DNA of 64,000 bases. It comes from Thermodesulfobacteriota bacterium (GTDB taxonomy: Bacteria; Desulfobacterota_D; UBA1144; Nemesobacterales; UBA2774). The notes beneath the pieces were generated by a model. It was not told where the DNA came from. It saw only the letters and a list, made by a program, of their open reading frames with translations, and searched no databases. Location of the stretch: assembly GCA_965216785.1 (NCBI GenBank), contig OZ244197.1:1184001-1248000 (forward strand), given 5' to 3'. Shown here in pieces: positions 9,971 through 18,956 of this stretch (the stretch's first letter is position 1; each line of letters opens with the position of its first letter). The position numbers were made by a program, and so were the translations under genes.

Positions 9971-11851
9971 TTACCTCGAAGTTGTTTTAAGCCAAAGCAC
10001 CCCATAAGGTTCCATATCGATAGAAAGCTTTCCTTTCTCTGATGAAAAGGATTTTTCTGATAATACATCTTTCCAGTGATCGGATATCAGTTCATATTCT
10101 CTGGTATTAAATTCAAACCTCTGACCATGTTCTGTAATATTTGTTATAGCTAAGATTTGCTCTTTTCCATCCACAGATGTCCTAAGTATAGAAAATAGAG
10201 AGTTGTATATATCAAGAACCTTTTGAGACGCATTAGGATTAAACGCTTTTTCCTGTGTGCGTTTCTTAATAATTGGGCCTAAAAATTTATTTATTCTATA
10301 GGTAGTTGTCTCCTCATTTTCTAATGCTTTATTACATGCTTCTTTACAAATCGTCTTCCTATTGATTATTCTTGGGTTTTTACCTTCCATCACTGATTTT
10401 ACATCATTTTTTGATCCAAATAGACTTAGAAGGTAGATACCCGGGACACCCATTAGAACCAACGCTATCGATCTGGAAGCAATAAATCTTTTTATCTGTA
10501 AATCGACTTGTTCATCACTGTCTTCTCGGTTAAGAGCACTATACCATGTAATATTTAATTCATATGGACTAACTGTTCCATCGCCATTGTCTTTGTAAGA
10601 AATGAGTCCACCGTGTTCCACTGCTTTTTTCTCTAACAGTTGGATTTCTTCTTCAGTTAGTATATTAACAGCTCCCTGTATGCTTACTCCGTCATGGGAG
10701 TCAAGAAAATTAAAATAGGTGGCAGTATCAGACACTCTTTCAAGTGATTGCGCCCATTTCGTAAGCTTTGAAGAGTTTCCTGTGTAAAATGCATAAAGAA
10801 CAATTGGCGGGAGTGCAAAATTATAAACCATTTGGGCTTCATCGCGACCGTTCCCAAAATACTTTATATTCTCCTCATGTGGAACGTTCGTTTCGGTTAC
10901 AATCGCTGCTTGTGGAGCGACTGCATCAAGCACGTCACGAAATAGCTTCACAATCATATGTGTCTGCTTTAAGTTAGCCGAGGAAGTTCCTAACTCATTC
11001 CACAGGTAGGTGACTGCGTCGAGCCTTATTATATCCGCTCCCATTCTCACATAAAATAGAAGTATTTCAATAATTTTGATGAGAACCTTCGGATTTTTGT
11101 AGTTAAGATCAATTTGATCGGAGCTGAAAGTAGTCCATACATATCTTTCTCCTTGAATAGTACCGAACTTCGTCAATAAATCCGAAGTACGAGGTCTTAC
11201 TACTGACTTCAAAGCATTTTCTGGAATGTCTTCTTTTGAAGGAAATGATTCAAAAAAATCTTTGTAATCAGGGTTCTGATTTAGGAATTCTTCAAACCAA
11301 GCACTTTTAGACGAGATATGGTTAAATACTCCATCAAACATAAGACGGTACTCAGTCTTTAAATTCGCAATATCCTCCCACGTTCCAAGGTTTGGATCAA
11401 CTTGTTTAAAATCTATTACAGAAAAACCGCGATCCGAGGAATACGGGAAGAATGGAAGTATGTGTAAAGTATTAATTGTGCCTTTTATATATTTGCTACT
11501 AAAATCTCTCAGACTCTGGAGAGGTGACTCCTCATCACCGCAAATAAGGTCACCATATGTTATTAATATTATATCTTTTTCTGTAAATCTACTTGAGGGA
11601 TCAATGGTCTTCTCAATATCTATCAATTCTTGAGATTTATAAGAATAATAAACCTTCATTATTCTACTTATTTCATTAAACCACCTTTCGGCAACTTCTT
11701 CTCCATATAGAAGAACAAGCTTTTCAATAATTCTTTTCTCCAATTCATCGGGGATTGTATAGGGCAATCTGCTATAATCAGGTTCCATGAGGTGAAACAT
11801 AGAATGTTCTATCTTTTGTGAAGGTTTTAAATCTTTTTTACAGGTATCCAT
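9971..11851 (-). CDS. GH13_18 sugar phosphorylase (glucosylglycerate/sucrose phosphorylase family)
   Basis: LITYGD, HILPFFPYSSDRGFSV, WTTFSSDQIDLNY, RLDAV, TETNVPH, FLDSHDG, PYELN motifs. Confidence 0.88.
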   Translation of the reverse strand: MDTCKKDLKPSQKIEHSMFHLMEPDYSRLPYTIPDELEKRIIEKLVLLYGEEVAERWFNEISRIMKVYYSYKSQELIDIEKTIDPSSRFTEKDIILITYGDLICGDEESPLQSLRDFSSKYIKGTINTLHILPFFPYSSDRGFSVIDFKQVDPNLGTWEDIANLKTEYRLMFDGVFNHISSKSAWFEEFLNQNPDYKDFFESFPSKEDIPENALKSVVRPRTSDLLTKFGTIQGERYVWTTFSSDQIDLNYKNPKVLIKIIEILLFYVRMGADIIRLDAVTYLWNELGTSSANLKQTHMIVKLFRDVLDAVAPQAAIVTETNVPHEENIKYFGNGRDEAQMVYNFALPPIVLYAFYTGNSSKLTKWAQSLERVSDTATYFNFLDSHDGVSIQGAVNILTEEEIQLLEKKAVEHGGLISYKDNGDGTVSPYELNITWYSALNREDSDEQVDLQIKRFIASRSIALVLMGVPGIYLLSLFGSKNDVKSVMEGKNPRIINRKTICKEACNKALENEETTTYRINKFLGPIIKKRTQEKAFNPNASQKVLDIYNSLFSILRTSVDGKEQILAITNITEHGQRFEFNTREYELISDHWKDVLSEKSFSSEKGKLSIDMEPYGVLWLKTTSR

Positions 11852-11987
11852 GATATATATAGATTATATGAATATATAGAATTAACTGATGCCTACTATT
11901 TTAACATGATACCAACAAAGGAACGACAAACTCAGGAAAATATCTTTATCAAACAAACACTTCAACCCACTTGATTAAGTTTTTCTC

Positions 11988-12019
11988 TTGACCTTTAACC
12001 CTACTCTCGGTGATAGAAT
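11988..12019 (+). promoter_or_regulatory. Putative long-spacer sigma70 promoter (TTGACC-20-TAGAAT)
   Basis: -35 TTGACC 11988-11993, -10 TAGAAT 12014-12019; dyad symmetry is weak. Confidence 0.4.
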
Positions 12020-12066
12020 AAAATATTGAACAGAAAAATGAGATTGTTTTATTCTACTATTGAGCT

Positions 12067-12087
12067 ATATACTATACCTAGGTATAT
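12067..12087. promoter_or_regulatory. Putative RcnR/CsoR/FrmR-family operator
   Basis: ATATAC-N9-GTATAT overlapping the perfect palindrome TATACCTAGGTATA (12073-12086), ~40 bp upstream of the repressor gene. Confidence 0.65.
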
Positions 12088-12126
12088 TATTGTATTATTG
12101 TTTAATATTAATATGGAGAAGAGTTA

Positions 12127-12405
12127 ATGGCTCATACAATCAGGGACAAAAAGAAGCTTATTAACCGTGTGAAGAGAATTCGCGGTCAAATCGAAGGCAT
12201 AGAAAAGTCTCTCGAAGATGAAAAAGATTGCTCATTGATTCTTCAGACTATTGCAGCATGTCGTGGTGCAATAAATGGCCTAATGGCTGAGGTTTTAGAG
12301 GGTCACATTCGTTTCCATGTTGTTGATCCAGATGTGAACCCAACTTCGGAACAGTCTAAGGCTTCCCAGGAAGTAATTGATTTAGTTAAAACGTACTTAA
12401 AATAG
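12127..12405 (+). CDS. RcnR/FrmR/CsoR family metal-sensing repressor
   Basis: MAH N-terminus, RVKRIRGQIEG, conserved Cys (KDC), AACRGAINGL, EGHIRFH. Confidence 0.9.
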   Translation: MAHTIRDKKKLINRVKRIRGQIEGIEKSLEDEKDCSLILQTIAACRGAINGLMAEVLEGHIRFHVVDPDVNPTSEQSKASQEVIDLVKTYLK

Positions 12406-12432
12406 TCCAACGATATAGATAGAGGATACTTA

Positions 12433-14400
12433 GTGCATCAAAAACCTGCCAAAACGCCTACTCCCGGAACTACGCCTGAGCCTTCAAAAAACTTGAAAGC
12501 TTTCCCGGCTTCGAACAAAGAAAACAGCGGCAAAGTCGACACATTCAACCATAATTACGAAAGACATATCCATATTGAATGGATCGATTTAACCCGAATA
12601 ATCTTTGTCGCACTTGCTATAATTACTAGCTGGTCCGGCATTTGGAGGAACTTTGCACCCTTTGATGTGATTAGCATAGCAGCTGCGCTAATAGGTGGTT
12701 ATCCAATCCTCAAAGAAGCATTAACTGCACTTATCTCCCGTCGAATGACGATGGAACTTTCTATGACCATCGCCGTCATAGCAGCTCTGGCAATTGGTGA
12801 GTTCCTTACATCCTTGGTAATTATACTATTTGTTCTGATAGCCGAAGTTCTAGAGGACCTCACGGTCAGAAGGGGTAGGCACACTATAAAAGAACTACTC
12901 GATCTCTTACCACAAAACGCTACTGTCCGTAAAGAAGGAGCGACTAAAGAGGTCAATTCGTCAGAATTGCAAATTAATGATCATGTAATCGTCAAGCCTG
13001 GTGCTCGAATTCCGGTAGACGGCGAAGTTATACGCGGGAATTCCTTTGTTGACCAATCCACAATCACCGGGGAATCAATGCCTGTTGAAAAGATTGTGGG
13101 TTCACAAGTCTACGCCGGAACTATCAATCAGTCGGGTATGATAGAAGTCCGCACAGTCAAATTGGGTCATGATACTGCATTTGGAAAGATCATCGAAATA
13201 GTTGAGCAGGCTGAAAAGTACCGCGCGCCTATTCAAAAAACTGCTGACCGGCTTGCGGGATACCTTGTGTATTTTGCCATTGCTTGTGCTGCCCTGACTT
13301 ACTTAATTACCCGTGATATGCGCTCTACCATCTCAGTTATCATTGTAGCGGGAGCATGTGGAATCGCAGCTGGAACTCCTCTTGCGATACTGGGTGCAAT
13401 TGGCAGGGCCGCTCGTAACGGAGCAATTGTCAAGGGGGGACTCTACATGGAAATCCTGAGTAAAATAGATACGGTTTTATTAGACAAAACGGGCACATTA
13501 ACATTCGGAGCACCAAAAGTTGTCGATGTGAGACCGAGTCTTGGAATATCACCTGAGGATGTAATAGAAGCGGCCGCCATTGCTGAAAAGCCATCGGAAC
13601 ATCCACTAGGACAAGCTATATTAGTGAAGGCATCCAAAATGTCTCTTACTACTGCAGAGCCAAAACAGTTCGAGTACATTCCGGGGAAGGGTATCATCTG
13701 TACGGTAGAGGATGAGGACATTATTGTTGGAAATAGAATTCTTTTTGCAGATCAGAATATGCGTGTAAGTGAATTTACGGATAGCTTTAATCATCTATCA
13801 GAAGTTCTTGTTGCACGTAACGGGAGATTCTTGGGTGTTATTTCTATCGCAGATGTCTTGCGTCCAGAAGCTGTAGAAGCAATAAATGCAATTCGGGAAA
13901 TGGGAATTCGAACTATGTTATTAACTGGGGACTCATCTGCCATTGCAAATGTAATTGGGAAAGAACTTGGTGTCGATGAGGTGTATGCCGAACTTCTTCC
14001 GGATCAAAAGCTTAAAAAGGTACGTGCACTGATGAACGATGGGAAAAAGGTCGTGATGATAGGTGATGGTATCAATGACGCCCCGGCTCTAATGCAATCG
14101 AACGTGGGGGTTGCAATGGGTTCAGGAACAGACGTAGCACGAGAAAGCGCAAGTATTGTTCTAATTGGTAATGACCTTCTTAAATTTGTCGAGGTTTTAC
14201 GAATTTCTCGATGGTGTCGTCGTATTATCATGACAAATTTCACAGGGACTTTGATAGTGGATGGTATTGGAGTAGGACTTGCTGCTTTTGGATTGCTAAA
14301 TCCAATGCTCGCAGCTTTCATCCATGTTTTTTCCGAATTAGCATTTATCTTAAACTCGGCTAGGCTGTTCCCCGCCATATCGAAGAATAATTCTGACTAG
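12433..14400 (+). CDS. Heavy-metal P1B ATPase with atypical GACG transmembrane motif
   Basis: TGES, DKTGT, SEHP, TGD, GDGIND present; metal-site helix reads VAGACGIAAGTP instead of CPC; last helix HVFSE. Confidence 0.88.
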   Translation: MHQKPAKTPTPGTTPEPSKNLKAFPASNKENSGKVDTFNHNYERHIHIEWIDLTRIIFVALAIITSWSGIWRNFAPFDVISIAAALIGGYPILKEALTALISRRMTMELSMTIAVIAALAIGEFLTSLVIILFVLIAEVLEDLTVRRGRHTIKELLDLLPQNATVRKEGATKEVNSSELQINDHVIVKPGARIPVDGEVIRGNSFVDQSTITGESMPVEKIVGSQVYAGTINQSGMIEVRTVKLGHDTAFGKIIEIVEQAEKYRAPIQKTADRLAGYLVYFAIACAALTYLITRDMRSTISVIIVAGACGIAAGTPLAILGAIGRAARNGAIVKGGLYMEILSKIDTVLLDKTGTLTFGAPKVVDVRPSLGISPEDVIEAAAIAEKPSEHPLGQAILVKASKMSLTTAEPKQFEYIPGKGIICTVEDEDIIVGNRILFADQNMRVSEFTDSFNHLSEVLVARNGRFLGVISIADVLRPEAVEAINAIREMGIRTMLLTGDSSAIANVIGKELGVDEVYAELLPDQKLKKVRALMNDGKKVVMIGDGINDAPALMQSNVGVAMGSGTDVARESASIVLIGNDLLKFVEVLRISRWCRRIIMTNFTGTLIVDGIGVGLAAFGLLNPMLAAFIHVFSELAFILNSARLFPAISKNNSD

Positions 14401-14552
14401 TAGCAAATCACATACTTTAGTAAAAAAGCATGTTTGATTAGTTGCTTTAATATTAAGGATAAAACACATCAAATGTGGTTGTCTATCAGCAAGACTCAAA
14501 GTTAATCTAATTAGAGAGAAAAAGTTGAGAAAAATCTAATTTATTTTTTCTA

Positions 14553-14584
14553 TTGACCTTCCACCTTACTGGAAAGAGTAAAAT
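14553..14584 (+). promoter_or_regulatory. MerR-family promoter/operator (TTGACC-20-TAAAAT, dyad TTCCA-N6-TGGAA)
   Basis: Long 20-bp spacer containing an inverted repeat, upstream of a small gene and a MerR regulator. Confidence 0.75.
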
Positions 14585-14624
14585 ACATTATAGAACATAA
14601 CTAAACAGTAAGGAGGTGATAAAA

Positions 14625-14798
14625 ATGCAGGCAAATAAGACTATTACTCTTTGCCCCGAGTGCGGGGCTTGTCCCGAAATTGTATTCATCGATAATGAAG
14701 TAAGAATAGGAGAGGAAGGAAATCTGGTCAAGCTCAAGCTCGATGAATGGAATATGATTGTAGAAAAGATTCAAAGTGGTGAGATTGGGAAGCTTTGA
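14625..14798 (+). CDS. Small Cys-motif protein (CPECGACP), 57 aa
   Basis: AGGAGG RBS; first gene behind the MerR-type promoter. Confidence 0.7.
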   Translation: MQANKTITLCPECGACPEIVFIDNEVRIGEEGNLVKLKLDEWNMIVEKIQSGEIGKL

Positions 14799-14867
14799 GT
14801 CAGATTTTATGGGAAGGTGGTATCTATTCTTCCTTCCCATATTTATAATATATCAGGGGGTATAGAT

Positions 14868-15299
14868 ATGGAAGACAACAAGCTCTCTATCGGGGAATTA
14901 GCCAAACAATTGAGTATTAGCCCTAAAACAATCCGCTATTATGAAGATATTAAGCTCTTGCCCAGACCGGACCGCGGAAGTAACAACTACAGGGTTTATT
15001 CAGAAGACACCTTAAATAGACTTCATTTTATTAAAAAAGCCAAAAGCCTGGGCTTTACATTAAAAGAAATAAAAAAAGTTCTGAGCATAAGTGATAGAGG
15101 TAATGATCCTTGCGAGCATATAGGTGAATTATTAAAACTCAGAATAGTTGCTCTTGAAATGAAATTAAAGGAGCTAAAAGAACTCCGGACAAAGCTTATG
15201 AAACTTGAAAAGGAGTGGTCGGGGATGCAAATACCCGAACAATGCAATACAGATGATTTAATCTGTCCCAAAATCGAGAAATTTTTCAAGGAAACTTGA
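14868..15299 (+). CDS. MerR-family heavy-metal-responsive regulator
   Basis: IGELAK...TIRYYE HTH, FIKKAKSLGFTL; Cys82, Cys126, Cys133. Confidence 0.88.
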   Translation: MEDNKLSIGELAKQLSISPKTIRYYEDIKLLPRPDRGSNNYRVYSEDTLNRLHFIKKAKSLGFTLKEIKKVLSISDRGNDPCEHIGELLKLRIVALEMKLKELKELRTKLMKLEKEWSGMQIPEQCNTDDLICPKIEKFFKET

Positions 15300-15359
15300 C
15301 CTACATACAATCCAAGACTTTACCTTACTTAGTGGATATATAAGTTAATCAAAAAAGAC

Positions 15360-15391
15360 TTGACTATGTACCTAGGTACATAGTTTAAACT
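15360..15391 (+). promoter_or_regulatory. mer promoter/operator (TTGACT-20-TAAACT with perfect 22-bp palindrome)
   Basis: ACTATGTACCTAGGTACATAGT (15363-15384) is a perfect palindrome with the GTAC-N4-GTAC core of mer operators. Confidence 0.85.
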
Positions 15392-15409
15392 GTATTATGA
15401 GGTGTAAAA

Positions 15410-15811
15410 ATGGAAAGTATAACAATTGGTATATTGGCAAAGAAGTCGAATGTGAAGAAAGAAACTGTGCGTTATTATGAACGCCGCGGTTTGATACCCG
15501 AACCTATGCGTACTGAGTCTGGATATCGACAATATTCACAGGACACAGTTTCACGTATTAAGTTTATTAAGCGTGCCCAGGTGTTAGGTTTTTCTCTTAG
15601 GGAAATTGAAGAGCTTTTATCACTCAGAGTTGATAAGAATACTACCTGCGGTGATTTTAAAAACATAGCAGAAATCAAAATTTCAGAGATAGAAGTTAAA
15701 ATCCGTTCGCTAAATGAGATTAAGAGGGGTCTAACCAAGTTAGTCGCTTTATGTAGTGGGGAAGGTCCCACAAGTGAATGTCCTATAGTGGATGCACTGG
15801 ATACTGATTAG
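15410..15811 (+). CDS. merR: Hg(II)-responsive MerR regulator
   Basis: MerR HTH; Cys80/Cys115/Cys124 spaced like MerR C82/C117/C126; upstream of merT and merB. Confidence 0.85.
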   Translation: MESITIGILAKKSNVKKETVRYYERRGLIPEPMRTESGYRQYSQDTVSRIKFIKRAQVLGFSLREIEELLSLRVDKNTTCGDFKNIAEIKISEIEVKIRSLNEIKRGLTKLVALCSGEGPTSECPIVDALDTD

Positions 15812-15844
15812 AAAACTAGTCACAGTGAGTTAGAAGGAATAGAT

Positions 15845-16201
15845 ATGATGAATAAAGTCGAGAAAATAAGAGTCTTTTCATATTTAGGGTCAGTAATCTC
15901 GGCAGTCCTAGCATCCATATGTTGTATAGGTCCGCTTGTGTTTGTTTTCCTTGGATTAAGCGGGGCGGCGTTCTTTGCGAATTTTGAGGCTTACAGGTGG
16001 GTTTTTGGAGTAATTGCCTTAGGATTCTTGGCACTTGGTTTCTTTTTTACTTACAGGAAGAACAAAGAATGCGCACCAGAATCAAGTTGCGCTGTAAATC
16101 CAAGTAGAAGAAAGCTGAACAAAATCCTTCTATGGGTATCGACTGTTTTAGTAGTAGTATTCATTTTTTCTCCGAATATTATCGGTTTCTTTATAACTTA
16201 G
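15845..16201 (+). CDS. merT: Mercuric transport protein MerT
   Basis: ASICCIGP in TM1, three TM helices, cytoplasmic loop Cys pair (CAPESSC). Confidence 0.88.
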   Translation: MMNKVEKIRVFSYLGSVISAVLASICCIGPLVFVFLGLSGAAFFANFEAYRWVFGVIALGFLALGFFFTYRKNKECAPESSCAVNPSRRKLNKILLWVSTVLVVVFIFSPNIIGFFIT

Positions 16202-16219
16202 CGATTAGAGAAACAATTA

Positions 16220-16864
16220 ATGGAAAAGTCTAAAATAGAGATGATAAATATTATAAGTTCGTTCCCGGCAGAATTACTTAACCTAAGCATAGATGAACAA
16301 AAGATTTCTATAGAGCTATATAAGCTTTTAGCAGCTGGAAAACCCGTGTCGATTAAGGTGCTTGCAGAGAGTCTCGGTTTATCAACTGAAGTTGTAGATA
16401 ATGTTTTGAATAAGTGGCTAGGTGTGTACTTTGATGACGATGATCATATAATAGGTTATTGGGGACTCACATTGACTCCTACTCCCCATAGCCTTCTAAT
16501 CGATTCTCAAAAACTATACACATGGTGCGCCTGGGATAGTTTATTTGTCCCGGAAATCCTTGGAACAACTGCTTTTGTCGAATCTGAATGCCCTATTACA
16601 GGAGAAAAGATAAGTTTTACTGTGACGAAAGATGAGGTTAAGAGTATTAATCCGATTGGTGCAGTTATGTCTCTTATAACACCTGAGGAATCTAAGTTAA
16701 GAGAAAACGTGCTCCTTAATTTTTGTCATTATGTACATTTTTTCAATTCTACTGAAACTGCTACTAGTTGGACCTCAGAAAGACCTGAAACATTTATCAT
16801 TTCAATTGAAGAGGCTTATTATCTTGGAAAAAAGAAAAACGAAATTCAGTATAGACAGGCTTAA
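16220..16864 (+). CDS. merB: Organomercurial lyase MerB
   Basis: GLTLTPTPH, LYTWCAWD (catalytic Cys/Asp), SECPITG, FCHYVHFF. Confidence 0.9.
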   Translation: MEKSKIEMINIISSFPAELLNLSIDEQKISIELYKLLAAGKPVSIKVLAESLGLSTEVVDNVLNKWLGVYFDDDDHIIGYWGLTLTPTPHSLLIDSQKLYTWCAWDSLFVPEILGTTAFVESECPITGEKISFTVTKDEVKSINPIGAVMSLITPEESKLRENVLLNFCHYVHFFNSTETATSWTSERPETFIISIEEAYYLGKKKNEIQYRQA

Positions 16865-16887
16865 TAGGCTTATGGGAATTTAAAATT

Positions 16888-18096
16888 ATGAGAACCTCAA
16901 TTATGTATACCGTTATTCTATTATCAAGTTTGTATCTAACTCTTGTTAATATCCCCGCTTACTCATTAGGTGAAGAAAATATAGATACACATGAGACTAC
17001 ATTTAGAATAGAAGGAATGACATGTAAAGTCTGCTCACTTACTATAAAAAAAGCTTTGATTAATCTGAATGGAGTGATAGATGCTGAGGTGCGTTATAAT
17101 GAGAGAATAGCTACTGTACAGTTAGATAAGTCTGAAATTGATCTTGAAGATATATCGAATACTATAGAGACCTTGGGTGACTATAGGGTTACTGTTCTCT
17201 CAAATAGCAAATTTCATACAACTACTATTGATGTTGGCAAGGGACCCGATGCACTATTCCTTACACCGAATGAAAAGATTCTATATGTAGCCAATGTAGA
17301 AGACACTTTTATTTCCGTTATCGATACAAAAGAAGATAAAGTAATAAAAAAGATAGATGTAGCTGACTATCCGTGGGGATTTACAAGATTAGGCAATAAG
17401 AATCTAGTCGCGGTAAGCAGCTGGGATAAGGGGATTGATATTATTGATTTTACCAAACATAAGATAGTTCAAAGCAAACGTTATGAGTTCAACCTTGGAG
17501 GTATTGTTTCAACAAAAGACGGAAAGTATATATTTGTAGTTGCGCCTGATAAAAACAAAACTTTTAAAATTGATGTAGATTCTCTGGAAATTCTCGATGA
17601 GTATAAAACAGGTGATGGCCCGGACGGAATTGGAATTTCAAATGATGATAAAAAGATTTACACAGCTAATACCAAAGATGGAACTATTTCAATCATAAAT
17701 TTAAGCAACAAATCCGGCAAGGTTATCAAGACTGGAGGCAAACCGGAACTTGTTCATGCTAATCATGACCGGACTAAATTGTTTATAAGCAATTTCTACA
17801 AAAACCATGTTCATGTCATAGATACAGAAAGAGATGTAATAGTCAGAGATATAATAGGTTTGGATGGGCCGGAGGAAGCCGTCTTATCAAAATCTGAGAA
17901 AGTACTATATGTTGTCAATTTCAACGGGTCAAAGGTATTTACTTTCGACGCCAATTCATATGAAAAATTAGACGAGGAATATGCCACAGGCAGTAAGCCC
18001 ATAGGTGTTATCTCTGTGTTAGAAGATACAAAACTCTATATAAGCAACTATGGAGATAACACGATTACCGTAATCAAAAAAGATTCAACTAAATAA
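16888..18096 (+). CDS. Exported HMA (MerP-like) domain fused to YVTN/YncE-type beta-propeller
   Basis: Signal-peptide-like N-terminus, GMTCKVC, then repeats GPDAL..LYVAN, GPDGI..IYTAN, GPEEA..LYVVN, KPIG..LYISN. Confidence 0.8.
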   Translation: MRTSIMYTVILLSSLYLTLVNIPAYSLGEENIDTHETTFRIEGMTCKVCSLTIKKALINLNGVIDAEVRYNERIATVQLDKSEIDLEDISNTIETLGDYRVTVLSNSKFHTTTIDVGKGPDALFLTPNEKILYVANVEDTFISVIDTKEDKVIKKIDVADYPWGFTRLGNKNLVAVSSWDKGIDIIDFTKHKIVQSKRYEFNLGGIVSTKDGKYIFVVAPDKNKTFKIDVDSLEILDEYKTGDGPDGIGISNDDKKIYTANTKDGTISIINLSNKSGKVIKTGGKPELVHANHDRTKLFISNFYKNHVHVIDTERDVIVRDIIGLDGPEEAVLSKSEKVLYVVNFNGSKVFTFDANSYEKLDEEYATGSKPIGVISVLEDTKLYISNYGDNTITVIKKDSTK

Positions 18097-18119
18097 CAAT
18101 GAGAAAAGAGGTATCCAAG

Positions 18120-18314
18120 ATGCAATTAGAATCAGTAATTAAATGTCCTGAGTGCGGGTTCGAGAAAGAGGAAGCTATGCCTACTGATTCGTGCCAGTTT
18201 TTCTATGAGTGCACTAACTGTAAAGCACTATTAAAACCTAGGCCTGGTGACTGCTGCGTCTTTTGCTCCTATGGCAGTGTAAATTGCCCACCGGTGCAAG
18301 AAGGAAGTTGCTAA
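18120..18314 (+). CDS. GDCCVxC domain-containing protein
   Basis: CPECG...MPTDSCQFFYECTNC...GDCCVFCSYGSVNCPPVQ; GAGG RBS before ATG 18120. Confidence 0.88.
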   Translation: MQLESVIKCPECGFEKEEAMPTDSCQFFYECTNCKALLKPRPGDCCVFCSYGSVNCPPVQEGSC

Positions 18315-18381
18315 GGCCAATTTGTATTTTTGTAATCTTCATCTATAATTTCAGTTATCGTTATATTTCTAAGATTGTGAA

Positions 18382-18840
18382 ATGAAAATGAGCATTCAAA
18401 AGTTTGACAATTCAAGTTTCGGAACATTTTGCAGCTTTGCTATTCCATTAATTTTACTGCTGCAGTTATCTTTACCCGGTGTTGCTTTGTGTTTCGGGTC
18501 AGATGGTCATGTTTCGCTTGAGAGTAATGAAATGGGAGTTTGTTGCGATTATCTTTCAGATTCCGATTATAGCCCCTACCTGTTTTCAAAAACTGAAAAT
18601 TATTTAGGTCCGAATCACTGCGGAACTTGTGTTGATGTCCGCATTTCCGATAACAACTCGGAGAATAAAGTTACATCTTCAAACAACTTGACGCCAGAAA
18701 TTGATTTACGTGCTTTAGCGTCATATGTACTTCCATCTTTGTTGTTTCAGGAAAACTCAAACCAAAGATTTATAATTAAGGACATACCAACCAGCGATAC
18801 ATTTCTGGACTCACTCCAGACCACTGTTATTACCTGCTAA
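18382..18840 (+). CDS. Cys-rich CzcI-like protein upstream of RND efflux operon
   Basis: LCFGSDGHV, CCD, HCGTCVD motifs; position directly before czcC. Confidence 0.5.
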   Translation: MKMSIQKFDNSSFGTFCSFAIPLILLLQLSLPGVALCFGSDGHVSLESNEMGVCCDYLSDSDYSPYLFSKTENYLGPNHCGTCVDVRISDNNSENKVTSSNNLTPEIDLRALASYVLPSLLFQENSNQRFIIKDIPTSDTFLDSLQTTVITC

Positions 18841-18866
18841 TTATTTCTAAACCCTCTTAGTACATA

Positions 18867-18890
18867 CCCGGCTCAATAATTGAGTCCGGG
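18867..18890. other. Intergenic stem-loop before czcC
   Basis: CCCGG-CTCAAT-A-ATTGAG-T-CCGGG inverted repeat with no U-tract. Confidence 0.55.
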
Positions 18891-18956
18891 GATCATTGCG
18901 TATTTCAGTCAGTATAGCTCCGCATATTTTATTTGAACTTACTGAGGAGGACTCAA

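Noticed and set aside
15296-15326. Additional TTGACC-N19-TACCTT promoter
   Set aside because: No dyad in the spacer and weak -10; a much better promoter lies at 15360.
18120-18314. GDCCVxC protein as a selenoprotein
   Set aside because: No in-frame TGA; ends Cys-TAA.
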